64,000 bases of DNA from a virus, in the IMG/VR virus record IMGVR_UViG_3300032268_001483, positions 32,001 through 96,000 of that record; one strand, written 5' to 3'. Each line of letters starts with the position of its first letter. The first letter of the stretch is position 1. The notes beneath the pieces are model-generated. The model searched no databases and was not told where the DNA came from. It saw only the letters and a list, made by a program, of their open reading frames with translations. Position numbers and translations under genes: made by a program. Of this stretch, positions 39,474-47,296 are shown piece by piece.

Positions 39474-39893
39474 TTAATTTTTTATTCTATATACCATTTG
39501 AAACTCTTTCTTTGAGAATCCGACCTTTTCATAAAATGGTATATTATCTAAACTACAATCCAATATAATTTTATAACAATTTTTTTCCTTAGATATTTCT
39601 ATAGCCTTATTTAATAATTGCTTGGATATACCTTTGCCCCTACAATCTACATCGGTTACAACATCTTCGATGTGCATAACACATGAAAAACTTCTCTGTA
39701 TTTTTTGCTCTACCAAATAACTAACACATCCTACAACCTTTCCATCTAATTCATAGACTAAAACTTCAAAGCTTTCGCCTTGAGATTCTACGAACTTTTT
39801 AAATTGGTTTTCTGTAACTTCACCAACTTGAGTCAATTGCGATAAAAGATTTAAATAATCTTTATAATCTTCTTGTTTCAATAATCTAATCAT
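39474..39893 (-). CDS. Glucosamine-6-phosphate N-acetyltransferase (GNA1 type)
   Basis: IRLLKQEDY..LLSQLT, VEQKIQR..HIEDVV, CYKIILDC..NIPFYEKVGF: GNA1 signature. Confidence 0.85.
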   Translation of the reverse strand: MIRLLKQEDYKDYLNLLSQLTQVGEVTENQFKKFVESQGESFEVLVYELDGKVVGCVSYLVEQKIQRSFSCVMHIEDVVTDVDCRGKGISKQLLNKAIEISKEKNCYKIILDCSLDNIPFYEKVGFSKKEFQMVYRIKN

Positions 39894-39905
39894 ACAACTA
39901 TATAT

Positions 39906-39938
39906 AAAAAAAAGAGGATGTATTTTAAATACATCCTC
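39906..39938 (-). terminator. Intrinsic terminator after aaRS-like gene
   Basis: gaggatgtatt/aatacatcctc with T-run on minus strand. Confidence 0.8.
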
Positions 39939-39957
39939 CGGTACACAAGATTTGAAA

Positions 39958-40818
39958 TTAAGCTAATTCAGACTCCAACTTTTCCTGTTTCATAAGTTCG
40001 TATGCCCTTGCAAGACGAGTCATACCAATTCCACCACCGAACCTGTCAAAGAACTTATATGATAAAAACTCATCTAGTTCCTTTTCGACTCTGTCTTTCC
40101 CAAAGAGTTCGAAAAGCTTTGAGGAATAAGCACCGTTCTCTATTTTGTAGAACATTTCCCTCATTACATTCACATCGGAACTTCTCTGAGCCGACCCAAT
40201 CGTTTCTTGTCCATATAGTATTACATCTACTTTATTAAACAAACCCGTTTCTTCGTTCATTTTCATGTTAAAGAATGGATTTGTGCGCAACGGAAAATTC
40301 TGAAGAGACACAACTGGACTTTTTTCTTTCCACATTCTTGATTCATGTTCATCCTCAAGAATTGATACCCCACCATATTCTTCACAAACGTCGTCATAAT
40401 TAACTTCTACAGGTGAATCAAATCCAAGGTGTTGAAGAAGTTCAGATTCCAATTCTACCATATCCTTCATTGTACCCTTTGATTCGAATTCAAACATAGT
40501 GAATACTTTTTTATGTCTACCAGGAATCGGATTTTTTTCATCTCTATATGATGTAGTTATACAGAAACAACCCGGAATTTCGGGATTTGATAATAATACT
40601 TCTTCGAGTATCATTTGGCCTGTTTGTTGAAGTGGCCAAATATCACCATCAAAATTAAATTTTGCGATAGAGTGAGGGTTTTCACAGGCTGCTAGTATGG
40701 TAAGATTTGCCTGAGTGGGTACTTCAATGAACCCTCTTTTTTGGAAGAATTCTCTGAGTAGATTTATCAACGAATTATAAGTTTCGATTGATTTAAGGTT
40801 TGTTCTTTCTTTTGACAT
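39958..40818 (-). CDS. Class II aminoacyl-tRNA synthetase catalytic-domain paralogue lacking anticodon-binding domain (EpmA/AsnA-like)
   Basis: REFFQKRGFIEVPT (motif 1), SYRDE..GRH..FTMFEFE (motif 2), GGGIGMTRL (motif 3); only 286 aa. Confidence 0.8.
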   Translation of the reverse strand: MSKERTNLKSIETYNSLINLLREFFQKRGFIEVPTQANLTILAACENPHSIAKFNFDGDIWPLQQTGQMILEEVLLSNPEIPGCFCITTSYRDEKNPIPGRHKKVFTMFEFESKGTMKDMVELESELLQHLGFDSPVEVNYDDVCEEYGGVSILEDEHESRMWKEKSPVVSLQNFPLRTNPFFNMKMNEETGLFNKVDVILYGQETIGSAQRSSDVNVMREMFYKIENGAYSSKLFELFGKDRVEKELDEFLSYKFFDRFGGGIGMTRLARAYELMKQEKLESELA

Positions 40819-41002
40819 AATAATTTTTTTTTTATTAATTCAATAAAACTACTGAATTTTCAAATTTTTACAAATAAATCTTTCTATATATAAATCAAAA
40901 TAACGAATAGTTCAAAAAATAGTAAAAAAATTTTTTAAATAACTAAATCTTGATTAAATCTCCCAGTAAAATATAATATATACACTAAAATAAATTATCA
41001 AT

Positions 41003-42850
41003 ATGTGTGGAATAGTAGGTTTTTTAGGTTCACAGAATTCTTTTGAAATATTAATAAAAGGTCTACAAAGACTCGAATACCGTGGATATGATAGTTCTGG
41101 TATTGCTATTTTGGACAATCAAAATAATATAGTTGTTAAGAAGAAAAAAGGGAAGGTAAAGGATTTAATTGATATTTGTGAATCCGAAAACTTAAAATCA
41201 ACTATCGGAATCGGACACACAAGATGGGCAACTCACGGAGAACCTAATGATGTTAATGCACATCCACATCTTTCTCAAAATTCAGATTTAGCATTAATAC
41301 ATAACGGAATAATTGAGAACTATTCATCAATAAAAGAAACACTGAAAAGGGAGGGCCACCAATTCCAAAGTGATACAGATACAGAAGTATTAATACATCT
41401 TATAGAAGAAATTAGAAATAAAGAAAATTTAGAATTGGAAGAAGCTCTTAGAATAACTTTACAAAGAGTCGTCGGTGCCTATGCGATTGTAATTTTAGAT
41501 AAAAATAACCCAGATAAACTTTTTGCAGCTAGAAAAGGAAGTCCTCTAGTTTTAGGTATTGGTGAAGGTAATAATTTTTATATTGCTTCTGACGCTTCAC
41601 CAATCATTGAATATACAAAAGATGTAGTTTATTTAGAAGAAGAACATATTCTTACAATAAGTAGAAATGGAGAAATTGTGATTAAGGATATCCAAAATCA
41701 GTTACAAACACCTTTCATACAAAAATTGGATCTTGAAATAGAGAATATAGAGAAGGGTGGATATGCACATTTCATGATAAAGGAAATATTTCAACAAAAT
41801 GTAACTATTGCTGATGCAATGAGAGGTAGAATAAATAGTAAATTGGAATTTGCTCAATTAGGCGGTTTGTTAAAGTGTGAAGATAAAATATTGAAATCGA
41901 ATAGAATAATAATAGTTGGATGTGGAACATCTTGGATTTCTGGATTGATTGGTGAATACCTACTTGAAGATTTAGCAAGAATTCAAACAGAAGTAGAATA
42001 CGCTTCAGAATTTAGATATAGAAACCCTATTGTTGGTGAAGGAGATGTAGTAATTGCTATTTCTCAGTCTGGTGAGACCGCAGATACTCTAGCAGCTATC
42101 GAAATAGCTAAATCGAAAGGTGCGTTTGTATTTGGTATATGTAATGTGGTGGGATCATCTATAGCACGAAATTCGGATTCTGGTTCATATATACATGCCG
42201 GACCTGAGATAGGTGTAGCCTCAACAAAAGCATTTACTGGACAAATAGCTATATTAACACTTATGGCTCTTCAATTAGGTATGAAAAAAGGAACTTTGAC
42301 AAAGGAATACTACCTAAAATTGGTTGAAGGATTAGAAAAAATTCCAGATAAAGTTTCTCAAATTCTAAAAAATTCAGAAAAATTATTAGAAATCGCAGAA
42401 GCTTGGAAAGATTCAACAAATTGCCTTTATTTAGGTAGGGGATATACATTCCCTGTGGCATTAGAGGGAGCATTGAAACTTAAAGAAATTTCATATATAC
42501 ACGCTGAGGGATATCCAGCAGCAGAAATGAAGCACGGACCTATAGCTCTAATAGATGAAAATATGCCGGTTGTGGTGATAGCAACAAATCAAACTAATAG
42601 AGAAAAAATAATCAGTAATATACAAGAAGTCAAAGCTAGAAAAGGAAAAATCTTCTCTATAATTAGAGAGGGAGACGAAGAAATTAAAAAACTTTCGGAT
42701 TTTAGTTTTGAGTTACCAGAAACTGAAGACCCTCTAATGCCAATATTATCAGTCATTCCCCTACAGTTACTTTCCTACTACATTGCTGTACTGAGAGGTT
42801 GTGATGTAGATCAACCTAGAAATTTAGCGAAGTCGGTAACAGTTGAATAG
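41003..42850 (+). CDS. glmS: Glutamine-fructose-6-phosphate aminotransferase
   Basis: MCGIVG, LEYRGYDSSG, GHTRWATHG, SQSGETADT, EGALKLKEISY, RNLAKSVTVE. Confidence 0.98.
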   Translation: MCGIVGFLGSQNSFEILIKGLQRLEYRGYDSSGIAILDNQNNIVVKKKKGKVKDLIDICESENLKSTIGIGHTRWATHGEPNDVNAHPHLSQNSDLALIHNGIIENYSSIKETLKREGHQFQSDTDTEVLIHLIEEIRNKENLELEEALRITLQRVVGAYAIVILDKNNPDKLFAARKGSPLVLGIGEGNNFYIASDASPIIEYTKDVVYLEEEHILTISRNGEIVIKDIQNQLQTPFIQKLDLEIENIEKGGYAHFMIKEIFQQNVTIADAMRGRINSKLEFAQLGGLLKCEDKILKSNRIIIVGCGTSWISGLIGEYLLEDLARIQTEVEYASEFRYRNPIVGEGDVVIAISQSGETADTLAAIEIAKSKGAFVFGICNVVGSSIARNSDSGSYIHAGPEIGVASTKAFTGQIAILTLMALQLGMKKGTLTKEYYLKLVEGLEKIPDKVSQILKNSEKLLEIAEAWKDSTNCLYLGRGYTFPVALEGALKLKEISYIHAEGYPAAEMKHGPIALIDENMPVVVIATNQTNREKIISNIQEVKARKGKIFSIIREGDEEIKKLSDFSFELPETEDPLMPILSVIPLQLLSYYIAVLRGCDVDQPRNLAKSVTVE

Positions 42851-42851
42851 A

Positions 42852-43628
42852 TTAATCTTCATCAAAATTTGTTTCAAAACTGAGCATAAGATTTGAATTA
42901 TCCTCTTTAACTAAGATAAAAGTCTCAAAAACGATGAACTGAATGTAGTCATTACTTTCGTTAATATTTGATAAATATTTTTTATTAAATATTAATTGTT
43001 CATTTTTATGTTCGATTCCATCTATCTCCAATTCCCATTTAGAAGGCTCATTCATAGTGACCTTCCCATTCATTACATTTATATAAAGAGTTTTATCTTC
43101 ACTATTAATTGAAGATAGTTTCTTAACATCTGAGAAATCGGATCTACTAATTTTGAAGCTCCACTTAGATAGTTTTGGATTCATTCTTGATTCAAGGATA
43201 GAATTAGTAATATCCCTTATTTTAAACTGTTCTCCACCAATACAGGATATTTTTAATTTTTCATTTGAAAATTGAGCAGAACGAACTTGCATCAAATCTT
43301 CTTTTTCCGGCATCTGTTTATAAACAATATCCAATTTGATTTGTTTGTCTGGGTTAAAAAATTTGAGGTTCTTAACGAATTTGCCTGCAGAAGTAATAAT
43401 GAAATCAAATGTTGAATCACTTTTGAAGTTTTCAAAGTAATCGTTAGTTTTCAGTGTATAACTTTTGAGTGCTAATACTGAAACATCGTTACTTAACATA
43501 GAATAAATTAGAGTCTTTTCAGACTCTAATTTTATTTTAACGGTGTCATCTATATGACTTAAATCTTGTAATTTACTAACTAAATCTAAGAAGTTGCTAC
43601 CTTTTATTTTTAAACTTAATTTGCTCAT
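42852..43628 (-). CDS. Probable sliding clamp (gp45/PCNA-like)
   Basis: 258 aa, alternating beta/alpha pattern, acidic tail, next to UvsY-like gene; inference. Confidence 0.55.
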   Translation of the reverse strand: MSKLSLKIKGSNFLDLVSKLQDLSHIDDTVKIKLESEKTLIYSMLSNDVSVLALKSYTLKTNDYFENFKSDSTFDFIITSAGKFVKNLKFFNPDKQIKLDIVYKQMPEKEDLMQVRSAQFSNEKLKISCIGGEQFKIRDITNSILESRMNPKLSKWSFKISRSDFSDVKKLSSINSEDKTLYINVMNGKVTMNEPSKWELEIDGIEHKNEQLIFNKKYLSNINESNDYIQFIVFETFILVKEDNSNLMLSFETNFDED

Positions 43629-43936
43629 AATAAACTTGAAATTAATTGTGCTACTTTATAACCTGTGAATGCTCCAAGTGAAGCTGAAACTGGTAGAACT
43701 ACAAACCTACCTAATCTTGTTTTATATTTATCTCGATTTACTACATAAGAAATCAATAAGTAATAGAGAAAGAAGTTTATAAACACTGCTAAATCAAATT
43801 CTTTAGCCATAAAAACTACTATTGAGTTGCCAACAAAACCCCAACAGAAATTTATTAGGGACTCAACGGTAAGTTCAGAAATTGATGTTTTTGCACCAAA
43901 TATATCAATTTCTCTTTTAAATAAATTATTACTCAT
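43625..43936 (-). CDS. Small multi-TM membrane protein
   Basis: Three hydrophobic segments. Confidence 0.6.
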   Translation of the reverse strand: MSNNLFKREIDIFGAKTSISELTVESLINFCWGFVGNSIVVFMAKEFDLAVFINFFLYYLLISYVVNRDKYKTRLGRFVVLPVSASLGAFTGYKVAQLISSLL

Positions 43937-44424
43937 CTTCCTAAATAATTCATTAATTCAATAATATTTTTAATTGTATATCCTAAACTCTCTAAGTTTT
44001 TAGAAGTGCTTCTCAAAAATTCAATATAGTTTTCTATTAGTTGAATGTTTCTTTCATTCTCTGAGATATGCGCATCAATCAAAGTATTCTTTTCACCTAA
44101 AGAAGTTTTGAGTCCGATACCAAGTGCATAAAACATAAACTTATCTTGTTTTACTTTTTTTAGTTTGACTTCTTCTTTACTTCTCTTATTTAAGAAGAAA
44201 GAAATTTGTTCATTAATCCTTTGTCTAAAAGTAAGTGAAGTTGCTTGAGAATCTATAACTTTAGAGTAACTTTCTAAAGTGAAGTTACTTTTAATGACAT
44301 CAAAAAGAGGCTCAACATTTTTAGTCCATTCTTCTCTTTTATCATTGAAGAATTCTTCTAATTTATCATTAGTCTCTTTGATTTTATTTATTCTGTCGAG
44401 TTCTTCTTGTGGGTAGAGGTTCAT
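43933..44424 (-). CDS. UvsY-like recombination mediator
   Basis: Helical; C-terminal YIEFLRSTSKNLESLGYTIKNIIEL resembles the UvsY tail. Confidence 0.55.
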   Translation of the reverse strand: MNLYPQEELDRINKIKETNDKLEEFFNDKREEWTKNVEPLFDVIKSNFTLESYSKVIDSQATSLTFRQRINEQISFFLNKRSKEEVKLKKVKQDKFMFYALGIGLKTSLGEKNTLIDAHISENERNIQLIENYIEFLRSTSKNLESLGYTIKNIIELMNYLGR

Positions 44425-44449
44425 AAAAATTTAAATTAGGCATTAGAAA

Positions 44450-44479
44450 ACAAATAAACTGATTTCTCAGTTTATTTGT
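44450..44479. terminator. Intrinsic terminator-like hairpin
   Basis: 13-bp stem acaaataaactga/tcagtttatttgt. Confidence 0.7.
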
Positions 44480-44496
44480 AAATTTTTGTAAAAGGT

Positions 44497-44667
44497 TTAC
44501 TTTTTAGTGCAACAACTTTTTTCTGTTTTTGTACAAGTTTTTGTAGTTGTTTTCTCACAAGCTTTTTCACATTTAGTTTCACAATTTTTTTCCTTGTGAG
44601 CACAATGTTTGTTTGATGTACAAGATGTCATAAAGACTACAAGTGCGAATAGAATTAATTTTTTCAT
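44497..44667 (-). CDS. Cys/His-rich small lipoprotein (56 aa, missed by track)
   Basis: MKKLILFALVVFMTSCTSNKHCAHKEKNCETKCEKACEKTTTKTCTKTEKSCCTKK. Confidence 0.75.
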   Translation of the reverse strand: MKKLILFALVVFMTSCTSNKHCAHKEKNCETKCEKACEKTTTKTCTKTEKSCCTKK

Positions 44668-44676
44668 AGTTTTTTT

Positions 44677-45579
44677 TTAAATTTTATTTTCAAATATAAA
44701 TAGGTCAAAGATTGCATTTCCTTTAACACCTTTTATTCTTTTCAAAACATCACCAGAAGTTGAGTCCAAAACTTTAAAAATACCAATATTAACACCTTTT
44801 TCGTCTAAAAGTTTTACTGTATTGCCTGGTTGACCTAAAGCTCCCAATATTGCAACATACTTCGTTCCATAAATACTTTTCACGAATGAAACTCTAAGAT
44901 TGGCAAAATCTTTTAGATTATTGATATAGGGGTTATCCATTACTTTATTTAAATCTAATTGTGTTTCTGTATTTCTTGCTTTGACAGTTGCGAATTTTCT
45001 TTCTTCTGTTCCAAGCATTACATCTTCTTTATTTTGTATTGTTTGAGCTTTAAGAAGTGCTTGTTGATTTTTTCTAATTTCAATAAAGTCTGCCTTAGCA
45101 ATTATACCACCTCTCATACCTCTATCATTCATATTATATCCCATTGGTGGTAGTCTATAAAAAGAACCGGTAAAAGTAATAGAAAGAATTCTATCAAAGC
45201 GAAACATCCTCCAAATTTTTTCGATACTCCTACTGTTAGAAACTGAGTAACCATTCAAGTGGTATCCCCTAATGAGAAAATTTCCTTTAGAAGATTTACC
45301 TAAAACCATAGGATAGATTACTCTTTCGTGACCGGCAAAGGCAGTATCTTTTTCCCCTTTGTAACTTATCAAGAAAATCATTCCATATTTAATTGCTTTA
45401 AGAATATTATCTTGAGTTGGTTTTACTGGTTCATTGATTTTGATGTCTGCTATTTCTTTAACATTTTTTAGTTGAAATCTAGGTATATAGAGATTATCTT
45501 CTCTAAGTTCATAATTTTCTCTAATTATAAACTCAACAGGTTTTGTATTATAGTACTGTCTGTGATCGTGTAAATTCAT
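44677..45579 (-). CDS. WYL-domain-containing protein
   Basis: ERVIYPMVLG..LIRGY..WRMFRFDRILSI. Confidence 0.65.
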   Translation of the reverse strand: MNLHDHRQYYNTKPVEFIIRENYELREDNLYIPRFQLKNVKEIADIKINEPVKPTQDNILKAIKYGMIFLISYKGEKDTAFAGHERVIYPMVLGKSSKGNFLIRGYHLNGYSVSNSRSIEKIWRMFRFDRILSITFTGSFYRLPPMGYNMNDRGMRGGIIAKADFIEIRKNQQALLKAQTIQNKEDVMLGTEERKFATVKARNTETQLDLNKVMDNPYINNLKDFANLRVSFVKSIYGTKYVAILGALGQPGNTVKLLDEKGVNIGIFKVLDSTSGDVLKRIKGVKGNAIFDLFIFENKI

Positions 45580-45602
45580 GATAATCTATATATAATAAAA
45601 TT

Positions 45603-45632
45603 GAAGTCAGAAATAAAAAAATTTCTGACTTC
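45603..45632 (-). terminator. Intrinsic terminator-like hairpin
   Basis: 12-bp stem gaagtcagaaat/atttctgacttc downstream of lipoprotein gene. Confidence 0.7.
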
Positions 45633-45688
45633 TTTAGGCCGACAGTAAAGTCTCTCCACCAATTTGTTTTTATATAAAACAAATAAAA

Positions 45689-45862
45689 TTATTTGTGTGC
45701 CTTTGCTGTGTCAACTTTAGCTGAGTCAACTGAAGGAGTTGTTACAGTTGTAGTAGAAACCGATGTTGAATCACCTTCAGTTTTAGTTTCTTCAGTTGTT
45801 GAAGCCGTGTTACAAGAAGCTAAGAAAGTAACTACAGCAAAGATAAAAAGTACTTTTTTCAT
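45689..45862 (-). CDS. Thr/Ser-rich small lipoprotein (57 aa, missed by track)
   Basis: MKKVLFIFAVVTFLASCNTASTTEETKTEGDSTSVSTTTVTTPSVDSAKVDTAKAHK. Confidence 0.8.
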   Translation of the reverse strand: MKKVLFIFAVVTFLASCNTASTTEETKTEGDSTSVSTTTVTTPSVDSAKVDTAKAHK

Positions 45863-45993
45863 AATAATTATAATTTTTGTTTTTTTTTGTTCTAACTATA
45901 TATATTAATTCTTATATTAAGTTTATTTTTTTTTAATTTTTTTTTTTTGGAATCGAATTTATTTTTATAAATAATATAAAATAAATTTGTTGT

Positions 45994-46260
45994 ATGAAGA
46001 AAATAGAAAATCGTCAAGAACTTTCACAGTTATATTATCTAGTTCAGTCCAAACTCGAGGGTTATTTAACAATCCATAAAATAAGTGTAACTGAATTACA
46101 CAATTACGTAAGTCACAATATTGAGGATTTTATCAAAGAATGTGATTTGGATAATGTCTTGGGTGTCTCGAGCATAATTTATGACGTGATAGAACATTTG
46201 AAGAACAACGAAGGGGACTCTATCGAAAAATTTGAGTCGTTCAGGTTAAAATTCATGTAA
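45994..46260 (+). CDS. Hypothetical protein
   Basis: 88 aa, ends IEKFESFRLKFM. Confidence 0.6.
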   Translation: MKKIENRQELSQLYYLVQSKLEGYLTIHKISVTELHNYVSHNIEDFIKECDLDNVLGVSSIIYDVIEHLKNNEGDSIEKFESFRLKFM

Positions 46261-46297
46261 GATCATGATACTACATAACTTACTGAGTTTTCAATTT

Positions 46298-46306
46298 TAA
46301 TATATA
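46298..46306 (+). promoter_or_regulatory. TAATATATA putative late promoter heading the structural block
   Basis: 22 nt upstream of ATG 46329. Confidence 0.55.
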
Positions 46307-46328
46307 TAGATAAAATTTAATAAATTTA

Positions 46329-47279
46329 ATGGCAACTTATGGTACTCCTGGTTCACCTACTTATGCAGTAGCAATAAACAACTTAGTTGGCATGTTGGAT
46401 GTTTTGCCTGACAACTCCTCTAACTTAATTGACGCTCAAGACGTCCGAGATGTTGTCTCTGGCTTGTTCGAAAATATTGAGAATTTCGGGGCGAGTCTTT
46501 CTTCTTTTTCTTCTGCTAGTGTAGTCTATAATAATCCTAACCCAACATCTGTAGAGTTGGGAGGTGTTCCTTTTAATTCCACCTTTTCTTCTGTTTCAGT
46601 ACAACAGGTTTTGGATGCTCTTTTTTATCCTTACTTACCACCTACTCTGTCTTTGTCCGTATCACCGGGAGTTATAGAATATGGCGATACATCATCAACT
46701 GCAACTTTAAATTGGAATGTAACTGGTGGTATTAACAACGTTATATCTACAATCCTATATAGATCTCTTAATCCTAATCAAATCTTAACTTCACCTGCTG
46801 CGTTTACCTCAAGTTCTGGTGTATTAGCTCCTAATACTCTAAACTCTACTATAATTTCGACTTTTACTCTTAGTGTAACTGAACCTACTGTTTATAACCT
46901 GACAGCTAGTGTAAATGTTAGTCATAGGAGGTATTGGGGCACTCTTCCTTCATCCAGTCCTTTGATAGGTGTTTCTTCTTCTGGTTTTAGTTTTTCAGAT
47001 ATTTCTTTCTTAAATTCAGAATTAGAAGAGGATTATTCTCAAACACGCGATATATATGGTAATAATGAATACGTTGTTTTTGTTTGGCCAACATCACAAG
47101 TTAATCTCTTGAGTTTTCCTCCAAAAGTTTATATAAACGGTCTTCATAATAACGATTGGATTAAAACTAGGGATTCAGTGATTTTCTCAAATAATTTCGG
47201 TTATACTTCAAGTTACGATGTTTGGAGATTTAACCATATTCAGGGTGGATACACATCATCTTATACTATTATAAGTTAA
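46329..47279 (+). CDS. Virion structural/fibre-associated protein
   Basis: Ser/Thr-rich, beta-rich; shares YxxPNP..F..VSxQ..L.Y module with 50210. Confidence 0.6.
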   Translation: MATYGTPGSPTYAVAINNLVGMLDVLPDNSSNLIDAQDVRDVVSGLFENIENFGASLSSFSSASVVYNNPNPTSVELGGVPFNSTFSSVSVQQVLDALFYPYLPPTLSLSVSPGVIEYGDTSSTATLNWNVTGGINNVISTILYRSLNPNQILTSPAAFTSSSGVLAPNTLNSTIISTFTLSVTEPTVYNLTASVNVSHRRYWGTLPSSSPLIGVSSSGFSFSDISFLNSELEEDYSQTRDIYGNNEYVVFVWPTSQVNLLSFPPKVYINGLHNNDWIKTRDSVIFSNNFGYTSSYDVWRFNHIQGGYTSSYTIIS

Positions 47280-47296
47280 AAAAAATTTAGAATCAA

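Noticed and set aside
40820-41002. glmS ribozyme upstream of glmS
   Set aside because: Region is almost pure A/T with no stable stems or conserved ribozyme core; only promoter-like motifs.
45633-45645. c-di-GMP-I riboswitch (CGGCCUAA on minus)
   Set aside because: Lacks the GNRA/receptor P1 arm and GCAAA junction.
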